From assembly GCA_963832165.1 (NCBI GenBank), contig CAWHTE010000001.1:416001-480000 (forward strand): a DNA stretch of 64,000 nucleotides, written 5' to 3'. The notes under the pieces are model-generated. The model had not been told where the DNA came from, made no database searches, and worked only from the letters and a program-made list of their open reading frames with translations. How positions within the stretch are numbered: position 1 is the first letter of the stretch; each line of letters begins with the position of its first letter. Positions 30,457-39,512 of this stretch are shown here, piece by piece. The position numbers and the translations under genes are program-made. The stretch is from an uncultured delta proteobacterium. Lineage in GTDB: Bacteria; Myxococcota_A; UBA9160; SMWR01.

Positions 30457-31648
30457 GTGGTCCTCCAGGAACCCCAGGCCACCCACGACATCGTCCAGCG
30501 GCTGCGCGAGACCGAAGACCGCTTCAAAGTCATGGCGGATTCCTCGCCCGTGATGCTGTGGATGTCCGCGCTCGACTCGAACTGTTACTTCTTCAACAAG
30601 CCGTGGCTCGATTTCACCGGCCGCACCTTGGAGCAGGAGGTCGGATCCGGCTGGTGTGAGGGGGTCTACTTCGAGGACTTCCAGCACTGCATCGATACCT
30701 ATCTCGACCACTTCAACGCGCGCCAGCCGTTTCGGATGCGCTACCGCCTGCGCCGACACGACGGCGAGTATCGCTGGCTCCTCGACACGGGCGTCCCACG
30801 CTACTCACCCGACGGCACCTTCATGGGCTTCGTCGGTTCGTGCATCGACATCCAGGAGATGGTCGAGGCGAGCGAAGCGCTCGCGAACCTGAATGCGACG
30901 CTCGAGCGCCGAGTCGAGGAGCGCACCGCGCAGCTCGCCGACGCGAACCGCGAGCTCGAGAGCTTCGCCTACAGCGTCTCGCACGATCTGCGCGCTCCGC
31001 TGCGCCAGATTGGCGGTTACGCGGAGCTGATCCGAAAGGAGCTCCCGGTCGAGCTCGTGAAGGGAACGCTCGAGCGCTATCTGGGCTTCCTCCAGGAGGG
31101 TGCCGATCGCGCGCAGGCGCTCGTGCGCGACGTGCTCGAGTTCTCGCGGGTGTCTGGGGCCGGGCTCCAGCCTGCAGCGCGTGGCGCTCGCGCCGCTCGT
31201 GGCCGAGCTGCAGCGCATGCTGCCCCCCGAGAGCCGGAAGGCGTCGATCCGGTGGGAGGTCGCGGAGCTGCCCGAGGTGACCGGCGACGCGACGCTCTTG
31301 CGCCTCGTCTTCCAGAACCTGCTCGAGAATGCGCTCAACTTCACCGAGAAGCGACCCGAGACCGTGATACGCGTGTGCCACTCCGAGAAGGACGGCGAGC
31401 ACGTCTTCGGGATATCCGACAACGGGATCGGCTTCGATCCGACGCAGTCGCATCGCCTGTTCAAGCTCTTCCAGCGCCTGCACGCGCAGGAGGAATGCGG
31501 TGGCAGCGGGATCGGACTGGCCAACGTCGCGCGGATCGTGAAGCGCCACGGCGGCCGGGTGTGGGCGGAGGGCAAGACGGGGGAGGGCGCGACGTTCTAC
31601 TTCGCGCTTCCCACCGTATCCGCAGGCGAGTCGGAATCGGCGGATTGA
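30457..31648 (+). CDS. Cytoplasmic PAS sensor histidine kinase with a +1 frameshift at about 31170
   Basis: PAS (FNKPWLDFTG...RRHDGEYRW), H-box YSVSHDLRAPL, then in the next frame NLLENA, DNGIGF and GSGIGL. Confidence 0.88.
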
Positions 31649-31660
31649 AATCGGGACGGA

Positions 31661-33196
31661 TTGGCGATGCTTCCGCGAGACTCGTGGTTGGATCTGGCGC
31701 GCAAGCTCGACTGGACGTACCGCTACGTTCCGGAGTCGGAGCTCTTTCCCGACGCTCCGAGCGGTGTGACGCGGGTGCCGCCGGAAGCGTGGAAGGAATG
31801 GGACGAGCCGTTCAAGACCAGCTACCGCGAGTACGTCGCCGCCCAGAGTGAGAAGGAGCGCGCGGTGCGCGCCGTGCGCGATGCGGTCGGCCGCCCCGAG
31901 CACGCAGCGCGTCTCCCGCTTCCGTGGCTGAACGTCAACAAATTCCACGGCGCCACGCTGCCGCTCGCCGAGTTCGCGGCCACGATCGGCAACCTGCGCG
32001 CGGGCCGCTTCGGGCGCGACAGCGCGTGGCGCACGATGGCGCTGTTCGGCGCGCTGGACGAGTTCCGGCACACCCAGATCCCGCTGCTCGTGTTCCACGA
32101 TCTCGTGAAATGGGATCCGCAGTTCGACTGGGTGCACCGCTTCTATCACACCAACAACTGGGTGGCGATCGCGGCGCGGCACTTGATCGACGAGCTGCTG
32201 CTCGCCGCGAATCCCGTCGAGTTCGCGATCGGCACGAACTTCGTGTTCGAGACCGGCTTCACGAACCTCCAGTTCGTCGCGCTCTCGGCGCTCGCCCGCG
32301 ACGCAGGCGACCCGATGTTCGAGACGATGGTGAAGAGCATCCAGACCGACGAGGCGCGCCACGCCCAGATCGGCCGCGCCGTGCTCGAGATCCTCGTCAA
32401 GAACGATCGCGAGTACGCACAGCACCTCGTCGACAAGTGGTTCTGGCGCAGCTGGCACCTGTTCAGCGTGCTGACCGGATTCAGCATGGACTACCTGACG
32501 CCGCTTTCGGCGCGGCGCGCGTCGTTCAAGGAGTTCATGGAGGAGTGGGTCCTCGACCAGTTCGTCGAGGTGCTCGACGCCTACGGGCTGTCCCGGCCCT
32601 GGTACTGGGAAACCTTCGTGCGTTCGCTCGACCACTACCATCACATGGTGTACGCGAGCGCCTACACCTATCGAGCGACGGTCTGGTTCGACCTGGTGGT
32701 GCCCGGTCCGGAAGAGCGCGCTTGGCTCGCCGAGAAGTACCCCGCCTCGTGGCCCTCGCTCGCTCCGGTCTGGGACCGCGTCGACGCGGGCTGGCGCGAG
32801 AGCGACCCGGATCTCGACTTCGCCGCGCACGGCTCGGCGATCGTCACGTTCTGCGACACCTGCCAGCTCGTGCTCTGCGAGGGAACGCCCACGCGCAACA
32901 GCGCCGAGACGCTCGTGCACGGCGAGCGCAAGTACATCTTCTGCTCGGAGCCGTGCCGCTGGATCTTCGAGCAGGAGCCCGAGCGCTACGCGGGCCACCG
33001 CGACGTGGTCAAGCGCGTGCTCGCGGGCGAGGCGCCCGGAAATCTCGCCGCGATCTTGACCCAGTACTTCGGGCTCACTCACGAGACCTGGGGGCGCGAC
33101 GCCTACCGCGGTCGATACGACTGGCTCGAGCGCCCGGCGAAGCCGACGCCGACGCTTCCCACTGCCGCAGAGGCACCCGACGAGCGCCGGCCATGA
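31661..33196 (+). CDS. tmoA: Soluble di-iron monooxygenase hydroxylase alpha subunit (TmoA/TouA/XamoA-like) with YHS domain
   Basis: N-terminus MAMLPRDSWLDLARKLDW, WDEPFK, LDEFRH, FETGFTN, TDEARH and FCSEPCRWIF. Confidence 0.92.
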   Translation: MAMLPRDSWLDLARKLDWTYRYVPESELFPDAPSGVTRVPPEAWKEWDEPFKTSYREYVAAQSEKERAVRAVRDAVGRPEHAARLPLPWLNVNKFHGATLPLAEFAATIGNLRAGRFGRDSAWRTMALFGALDEFRHTQIPLLVFHDLVKWDPQFDWVHRFYHTNNWVAIAARHLIDELLLAANPVEFAIGTNFVFETGFTNLQFVALSALARDAGDPMFETMVKSIQTDEARHAQIGRAVLEILVKNDREYAQHLVDKWFWRSWHLFSVLTGFSMDYLTPLSARRASFKEFMEEWVLDQFVEVLDAYGLSRPWYWETFVRSLDHYHHMVYASAYTYRATVWFDLVVPGPEERAWLAEKYPASWPSLAPVWDRVDAGWRESDPDLDFAAHGSAIVTFCDTCQLVLCEGTPTRNSAETLVHGERKYIFCSEPCRWIFEQEPERYAGHRDVVKRVLAGEAPGNLAAILTQYFGLTHETWGRDAYRGRYDWLERPAKPTPTLPTAAEAPDERRP

Positions 33197-33456
33197 GCGT
33201 GCTCATCCCGCTGTACGGATTCCTCGAAGGCGACACGATCGGGTTGATCGTGCTCGCGCACGACGACGATCCGATCGCGCGCGTGATCGCGAAGCTCCAG
33301 CACTCCGCGCGCTGGCGCGTGGCGAAGCTCGAGAACGCGCGCGCGTACCACGCCGGCCGAGAGCTCGACTCCGCGCAGACCGTGGCAGAGGCCGGGCTCA
33401 CGCCGCTCGAGCGGATCGACGTGCGCAGGGCGGGGGACGCGGGCGATGCTCCGTGA
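33193..33456 (+). CDS. tmoB: Monooxygenase gamma subunit (TmoB-like)
   Basis: IPLYGFLEGD...TVAEAGLTPLERIDV; ATGA overlap with the alpha subunit. Confidence 0.85.
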   Translation: MSVLIPLYGFLEGDTIGLIVLAHDDDPIARVIAKLQHSARWRVAKLENARAYHAGRELDSAQTVAEAGLTPLERIDVRRAGDAGDAP

Positions 33457-33760
33457 CGCGGCAGCCCTCGACGAGCTCCGGATCGGCGAGATGAAGGGCG
33501 TCGTGCTCGATGGCCGGCCGGTTCTGCTCGTCCGGCTCGACGATGGCGTCCGTGCGTATGCCGACCGCTGCTCGCACCAGGGCGTTCGCCTCTCCGAGGG
33601 GCGGCTCGACGGGACGCACCTCACCTGCCATGCGCACGAGTGGCTCTACGACGCAGCGACGGGCCGCGGCATCAACCCGGCCTCCTGTGCGCTCACGGCG
33701 TATCCGGCCGAGGTACGCGCGGGCCGCATCCTCGTCGACCCCGAGGCCGGCGCGCGATGA
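33446..33760 (+). CDS. tmoC: Rieske ferredoxin (TmoC-like)
   Basis: DRCSHQ...TCHAHEWLYDAATGRGINP. Confidence 0.9.
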   Translation: MLRDAAALDELRIGEMKGVVLDGRPVLLVRLDDGVRAYADRCSHQGVRLSEGRLDGTHLTCHAHEWLYDAATGRGINPASCALTAYPAEVRAGRILVDPEAGAR

Positions 33761-34050
33761 GTCGCGGACGCGCCGGACCCGATCTGCTCGCGGGCACGCT
33801 CGGCCTCGCCGTGATCGACGCGCTGCGCGAGGACAATCCGGCGCTCGAGGTGCGCGATTGGGGGGCCTTTCTGCGCGCCTCCGCGCCCGCGCGCTGCGTG
33901 CTGCGGCGCGCCACGGTCGAGCGGCGGCTCGGCGAGCCGTTCCAGCTCCCGGGCGACCTCGAGCGGATCATGCCCTCGTGTCAGGGGCGGATCTCGTTCG
34001 CAGAGGATGAAGTGGTGTGGGCGGCCGAGTCCCGGGTGCCGGTGAAATGA
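33757..34050 (+). CDS. tmoD: Effector/coupling protein (MmoB/DmpM, TmoD-like)
   Basis: AGPDL...AVIDALREDNP...LERIMPSCQGRI. Confidence 0.85.
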   Translation: MSRGRAGPDLLAGTLGLAVIDALREDNPALEVRDWGAFLRASAPARCVLRRATVERRLGEPFQLPGDLERIMPSCQGRISFAEDEVVWAAESRVPVK

Positions 34051-34959
34051 GCAAGCGCCGCACCTACTGGCATCTCGAGGGCAGCGAGCGCGTGCCGACC
34101 GAGTACGAGATCGCCACGTCGCGCATCCTCTACTACGCGGGTCGCGGTTTCGAGATCGATCTGCCGCTCTCGAGCTGGTACGAGCGCTACCAGCAGGGCT
34201 CCGCGTTCACGTGCGCCAACCCGGAGGGTTGGGAGGCGTTCCGCGATCCGCGCGCTACCACCTATGCGCGCTATGCGATGATCCAGGCCACGAAGGAGGC
34301 GCACGTCGACGCGCTCTTCGATTCGATCGAGCGCAGCGACACCGATCGGAGTCAAAGCGCCGCGTGGCTCGCGGTGCTCGAGCAGGTGCTGCCGCCCGCG
34401 CGATATCTCTTCCACGGCCTCCAGATGGCCAGCCTGCTACGTGGCACAGATGGCGCCGGCGGGGCGGATCGCGATCTGCGCGATGTTCCAGGCCGCCGAC
34501 GAGATGCGGCGCCTGCAGCGCTTCGCCTACCGCATGGCCCTCGTGCGCCGCGCAGTGCCGCGCTTCGGCGACGGCGCGCGGCACCTCTTCGAGGAGCTTC
34601 CCGCGTGGCAGGGCGCGCGCGAAGCACTCGAGCGATTGCTCGCCACCTACGATTGGGGCGAGGCCTTCGTCGCGTTGAACGGTGTTCTGAAGCCGCGCAT
34701 CGACGCGTTCTTCGGCGGGGCGTTCGCGCGCGCAGCTGCCGCCGCGGGCGAGCCGCTGTGGGTCGAGATCCTCGGCTCGCTCGACGAGGACTCCGCGTGG
34801 CATCGCAACTGGAGCAGCGCGCTCCTGGCGTCGTCCGATGCGCGCGCGTCGGTAGACGAGTGGAGACTCAAGTGGGGCGCGCTGGCAGAGCCTGCGATCA
34901 AGGGGCTCGAATCGCTGCTGACGCCGGCCTCGGATGCGCTCGCGGCGGACGCGCGATGA
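34047..34959 (+). CDS. tmoE: Monooxygenase beta subunit (TmoE-like) with a +1 frameshift at about 34433
   Basis: RTYWHL...PTEYEI, WEAFRDP and RYLFHGLQM, then in the next frame YVAQMAP...FQAADEMR, YDWGEAF and LDEDSAWHRNWS. Confidence 0.88.
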
Positions 34960-35336
34960 GCGCGCTGCGGATCCTGCTCGTCGAAGACAGCGTGGCGGAT
35001 GCCGTGCTCACCCAGCGCGCGCTCGAGGTCGGCGGAGCTGGGCAATTCGCGCTCAGCGTCGCGGCTTCGCTCGGGGAGGGCATCGACCGCCTCGCGCAGG
35101 GCTTCGATGCGATCCTGCTCGATCTCACACTGCCCGACAGTGTCGGGCCCGAAACGGTGACGCGGATGCGGGTCGCGGCGCGCGAGCTGCCGATCGTCGT
35201 GCTGTCGGGCGTCGAAGATGCGGAGACGGCCGACCTCTGTCTGCGCGCGGGCGCGGTCGCCTACCGACCGAAGGGGCGCATCGACGCCGTCGAGCTGCGG
35301 CGGATCGTGGAGGGTGCGATCGGGCCCGGGCGATAG
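34956..35336 (+). CDS. Single-domain response regulator (receiver only)
   Basis: ILLVEDS, LLDLTLPDS, VVLSG and YRPKG; ATGA overlap with the beta subunit. Confidence 0.9.
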   Translation: MSALRILLVEDSVADAVLTQRALEVGGAGQFALSVAASLGEGIDRLAQGFDAILLDLTLPDSVGPETVTRMRVAARELPIVVLSGVEDAETADLCLRAGAVAYRPKGRIDAVELRRIVEGAIGPGR

Positions 35337-35354
35337 TAGATCCAGACCGAGAAT

Positions 35355-37796
35355 GTGGCGGAAGCGCCGCAAACCTCTTGGGGGAAGATCGTGGAATTCT
35401 TCAGCGAGTTCATGCCGCACGGGCATTGTTATGCGTGGACGCCCTCGATCTTGTGGGCGTCGGTGCTCTCCGACGTGACCATCGCCATCTCCTATTTCTC
35501 GATCCCGATCGCGCTGCTCTTCTTCATTCGCAGACGCGACGACCTCCCGTTCAGCTGGATCTTCGCGCTGTTCGGCGTCTTCATCCTCGCGTGCGGGACC
35601 GGTCACGTCCTCGAGGTCTGGAACACATGGCACGGCGCCTATGGGGGGCAGGCGATCGTGAAGGTGATCACGGCCGTCGCGTCGATCGGGACCGCGGTGG
35701 CGCTGTGGCCGCTCTTGCCGCGTGCGCTCGCGTTGCCGAGCCCGCGGCAGCTCAGTGAGGCGAACGAGTCGCTGCGCGACGAGATCACGATCCGCGAGCA
35801 GGCCGAGGGTGCGCTGCAAACGCAGGCGCGCGAGCTCGAGGTGGCGCGCGATGCCGCGCAGTCGGCGAGTCGGGCGAAGAGCCAGTTCCTCGCGAACATG
35901 AGTCATGAGATCCGGACGCCGCTCAACGCCGTGATCGGCCTGTCGGAGATCCTGCTCGACACCGATCTGACCGAGGGCCAGCGCGATCATCTGCGAACCG
36001 TGATCGATTCGGGCGACGTGCTGCTCACGGTCGTGAACGACATCCTCGACTACTCCAGGATCGAAGCCGGCAAGATCGAGCTCGAGAGCGTGGTATTCGA
36101 CCTCGACGACGTGGTCGGCGACACGCTGCGCTCGCTCGCGGTCCGCGCCGAGCACAAGGGCATCGAGCTCATGTGTCAGCTCGATGCCGACGTGCCGAGG
36201 GCGCTGCGCGGCGATCCGGGCCGGTTGCGGCAGGTGATCTCGAACCTGGTCTCGAACGCGATCACGTTCACCGAGCGCGGCGAGGTCGAGGTGCACGTGG
36301 CGCGCGAGGCCGAGGGCGTGCTTCGCTTCAGCGTGCGCGATACCGGAATGGGCATCGAACCCGGCGACATCGACCGGTTGTTCGAGTCGTTCGAGCAGGC
36401 CGACAAGTCGTCCTCGCGGCGCTTCGGCGGCACGGGCCTCGGCCTCTCGATCAGCCGCGGTCTCGTCGCGTTGCTGGGAGGGAAGATCAGCGCGGCGAGC
36501 ACGCCGGGCGTGGGCAGCACGTTCACGTTCACGGCGAAGTTCGAAGAGCTGGAGGCCGCGCCGCTCGAACCCGCGCGCCAGGCGATTCCGCTCGCGGGCA
36601 CGCGCGTGCTGATCGTCGACGACAATCCCACCAACCGGGTGATCCTGTTCACGCTCGCTCGGCGCTGGGGGATGGAGCCGGTTCCGTGTTCGTCCGCGGC
36701 CGAGGCTCTGTCGGTGCTCCGGCAGGTCGGGGAGGGCGGCGACCGCGTGCCGCTGCTGCTGCTCGATCTGCACATGCCCGGGACCGATGGCTTCGCGCTC
36801 GCGGCGCGCATCCGCGCCGACGCCGCGCTCGACGATCTCTCGATCGTGCTGCTCACCTCGGCCGGCATGGCCCAGGACCTGCGCCGCTGCGAGGAGCTCC
36901 GGATCGCCGCACGGCTCATGAAGCCCGTGAAGGAGTACGAGCTCTACGACGTGGTGGCGCGCGTGCTCGGCCACCGTTCGGCGAGTGCTCACGCGAACGC
37001 GGCGCGCCGCGCCTCGATGGCGACGGGCGCTCGCGCCTCGGGATCGATCGCGCTCGGCTCGCAGCGGATCCTGCTGGTCGAGGACAGCGTTCCGAACCAG
37101 AAGGTCGCGCTCGCGATCCTGCAGAGCCACGGGCACACCGTGGTGATCGCGAACGACGGCCAGGAGGCGGTCGGATTGTTCACGGCCCAGGAATTCGACG
37201 CGATCCTCATGGACATCCAGATGCCGGGCATGGACGGCTTCGCCTGCACGGCCGCGATTCGCTCCGCGGAGTTCGGCACCAACCGGCACATTCCGATCAT
37301 CGCGATGACGGCGCACGCGCTGGCCGGCGACCGCGAGAAGTGCCTGGCGGCCGGCATGGACGACTACGTTTCGAAGCCGATCCGCCGCGAGGATCTGCTC
37401 GGCGCACTCTCCGCGGCAATCCAGCACACGCGCGGCGTGGTCGACTTCTCGGGGGTCCTGTCCCAGCTCGGCGACGACCGCGAGGCGCTGCGCGACGTCG
37501 TCTCCGCCTACGTCACCGAGACGCGCGAGAACCTGGAGCGCCTGCCCGCGACGATCGCGTCGGGTACGTGGAAAGAGGTGCGCCGGTTGGCCCACACCAC
37601 CAAGAGCGCGATGCGCGTGTTCGGCGCGCACGAAGCGCAGCAGCTCGCCGAGAGCCTCGAGCAGCTGGCTCAGATGGAAGACCGCAGCACTGCCGCCGAT
37701 CTGTACCTGCGCATGAAGAGCGCGGTCGAGGGCGTGGTCGAGGTGTTGGCGCGCTTCGCGAACACGGGGGTGATGGACACGCGCGAGGCGCGTTAG
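35355..37796 (+). CDS. Hybrid sensor kinase: ETR1-type ethylene-binding domain, HisKA, HATPase, REC, REC, HPt
   Basis: [13 protein letters not shown]...[12 protein letters not shown] three-TM domain; [18 protein letters not shown]; two receivers (LDLHMP, MDIQMP); HPt LAHTTKS. Confidence 0.92.
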   Translation: MAEAPQTSWGKIVEFFSEFMPHGHCYAWTPSILWASVLSDVTIAISYFSIPIALLFFIRRRDDLPFSWIFALFGVFILACGTGHVLEVWNTWHGAYGGQAIVKVITAVASIGTAVALWPLLPRALALPSPRQLSEANESLRDEITIREQAEGALQTQARELEVARDAAQSASRAKSQFLANMSHEIRTPLNAVIGLSEILLDTDLTEGQRDHLRTVIDSGDVLLTVVNDILDYSRIEAGKIELESVVFDLDDVVGDTLRSLAVRAEHKGIELMCQLDADVPRALRGDPGRLRQVISNLVSNAITFTERGEVEVHVAREAEGVLRFSVRDTGMGIEPGDIDRLFESFEQADKSSSRRFGGTGLGLSISRGLVALLGGKISAASTPGVGSTFTFTAKFEELEAAPLEPARQAIPLAGTRVLIVDDNPTNRVILFTLARRWGMEPVPCSSAAEALSVLRQVGEGGDRVPLLLLDLHMPGTDGFALAARIRADAALDDLSIVLLTSAGMAQDLRRCEELRIAARLMKPVKEYELYDVVARVLGHRSASAHANAARRASMATGARASGSIALGSQRILLVEDSVPNQKVALAILQSHGHTVVIANDGQEAVGLFTAQEFDAILMDIQMPGMDGFACTAAIRSAEFGTNRHIPIIAMTAHALAGDREKCLAAGMDDYVSKPIRREDLLGALSAAIQHTRGVVDFSGVLSQLGDDREALRDVVSAYVTETRENLERLPATIASGTWKEVRRLAHTTKSAMRVFGAHEAQQLAESLEQLAQMEDRSTAADLYLRMKSAVEGVVEVLARFANTGVMDTREAR

Positions 37797-38260
37797 CTCG
37801 CACCCTCTTTCCGGCGCGCGCGGCGCCGCCGGCGCTTCGATTGCAGCATCCGGTGGTCGACGTCGATCAGGAACGGCCCCGCGAGTGCGGCGCGGCCGAG
37901 CAGCATGCGGTGGATCATCTTCGCGCGGTCGACCAGGCCGACCTCGATCGTCTTCTCGACCCCGCCGAGTCGCAGCGTCGTCTCCACGAACAAGCGCTGG
38001 GCGAGCTCGCCGTTGCTCGAGCGCACGCGGGACCGGCGCTTGACGTGGGCGTGCACGTGAACGTGGAGATCGCGTTTCTCGCGGTGCAGCACGACGTCGA
38101 ACCGCACGATGCCGCGCGGCTGCTCGCGGATGTTCTCGACGTGGAGCGCGCTGCTGCGCGCACCGGTGTCCACCTTGGCGAGGAGCCGCCGCACCCCCCA
38201 GTCGGGGAGGTCGACATACTCCGTCCATCCGATCAGTACCGGGGTGCGCCGGGCCTTCAC
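37793..38260 (-). CDS. RimK-associated retropepsin-like putative protease
   Basis: [26 protein letters not shown] and MLLGR. Confidence 0.85.
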   Translation of the reverse strand: MKARRTPVLIGWTEYVDLPDWGVRRLLAKVDTGARSSALHVENIREQPRGIVRFDVVLHREKRDLHVHVHAHVKRRSRVRSSNGELAQRLFVETTLRLGGVEKTIEVGLVDRAKMIHRMLLGRAALAGPFLIDVDHRMLQSKRRRRRARRKEGAS

Positions 38261-38331
38261 GGGCGCGATTGTAGTCGTCCCGCGAGCGGCTATCTTGCTT
38301 GGTCGCTCGACTAAGTTGAGACTTTCCCCCT

Positions 38332-39507
38332 ATGCACGTCGACTACACCCCGGAGCAGAAGGCGCTGCGCGCCGAGCTGCGCGCCTACTTCGGCAAGCTC
38401 GTGACACCCGAGCTGCGCTCGAAGCTCCACGGTCTCGAGACGAGCCCGCTTCACAAGCAGGTAATCCGCCAGATGGGCCGAGACGGCTGGCTCGGCGTCG
38501 GCTGGCCCGTCGAGTACGGCGGCCAGGGACGCACCGCGATCGAGCAGATGATCTGGTTCGAGGAGGCGCGCCGTGCGGGGGCGCCGATCCCGTTCGTCAC
38601 GCTGAACACGGTCGGCCCGACCCTGATGGCCACGGGTAGCGAGGCGCAGAAGCAGAAGTTCCTGCGCGCGATCCTCGCGGGCGAGATCCACTTCGCGATC
38701 GGCTACTCCGAGCCCGATGCGGGCACCGACCTCGCTTCGCTGAAGACCAGCGCCGTGCGCGATGGCGACCACTACGTGGTGAACGGCACCAAGATCTTCA
38801 CGAGCGGCGCCGACGCCGCGGACTACGTCTGGCTCGCGGTGCGCACCGATCCCACGGTGCCCAAGCACAAGGGCATCTCGATCCTGATCGTCGACACGAA
38901 GCTGCCCGGGTTCTCCCACGCGCCGATCTACACGCTCGGAGGCGGCCACACCAACATGACCTACTACGAGAACGTGCGCGTTCCGGTGGACATGGTGGTC
39001 GGACAGGAGAATCAGGGCTGGGGCCTGATCACGATGCAGCTCAACCACGAGCGGATCGGTCTCGCGGCGTTCAGCAGCTATGCGCAGCGGCTCTTCGACG
39101 AGACGGTCGAATGGGCGCGCAAGACCGAAGCCGAGGACGGCCGGCCCGTCGGCGAGAAGCCCTGGGTGCAGTCGTGCATCGGCGAGGCACACGCGCGGCT
39201 CGAGGCGATGAAGGTGTTCAACTGGCGGATGGCCTGGGAGCTCGAGCGCGGCAAGCTGAACCCCGCAATGGCCTCGGCGGCGAAGGTGCACAGCACCGAG
39301 GCCGTGATCGAGGTCTATCGGCTGCTGCTCGAGGTCGTCGGAATGCCGGGTGCGATGCGTCCCGGCTCGGCAGGCGAGGTGCTTCGCGGCGAGCTCGAGA
39401 CCGAGTGGCGTCACTGCCAGATCAACACCTTCGGCGGCGGCGTCAACGAGGTCCAGCGCGAGCTGATCGGCATGTTCGGGCTCAGACTGCCGCGCGCGGC
39501 GCGCTAG
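38332..39507 (+). CDS. Acyl-CoA dehydrogenase (ChsE2/FadE29-like)
   Basis: FAIGYSEPDAGTDLASL, QLNHER and INTFGGGVNEVQR. Confidence 0.88.
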   Translation: MHVDYTPEQKALRAELRAYFGKLVTPELRSKLHGLETSPLHKQVIRQMGRDGWLGVGWPVEYGGQGRTAIEQMIWFEEARRAGAPIPFVTLNTVGPTLMATGSEAQKQKFLRAILAGEIHFAIGYSEPDAGTDLASLKTSAVRDGDHYVVNGTKIFTSGADAADYVWLAVRTDPTVPKHKGISILIVDTKLPGFSHAPIYTLGGGHTNMTYYENVRVPVDMVVGQENQGWGLITMQLNHERIGLAAFSSYAQRLFDETVEWARKTEAEDGRPVGEKPWVQSCIGEAHARLEAMKVFNWRMAWELERGKLNPAMASAAKVHSTEAVIEVYRLLLEVVGMPGAMRPGSAGEVLRGELETEWRHCQINTFGGGVNEVQRELIGMFGLRLPRAAR

Positions 39508-39512
39508 ATCGT

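Noticed and set aside
31160..31180. Programmed ribosomal frameshifting at the four split genes
   Set aside because: No slippery heptamer or shared context, and these families are not known to use recoding; sequencing error is simpler
31661..33196. Soluble methane monooxygenase (mmoX)
   Set aside because: Gene order with TmoB and a Rieske ferredoxin, plus the YHS tail, fits Tmo/Xamo-type enzymes, not sMMO
34017..35336. Apparent TmoE-receiver fusion in the ORF track
   Set aside because: Artefact of the +1 frameshift: the middle is out-of-frame sequence, and the receiver has its own ATG at 34956
34647..38228. 1193-aa minus-strand ORF
   Set aside because: Antisense shadow of the hybrid kinase; no motifs of its own
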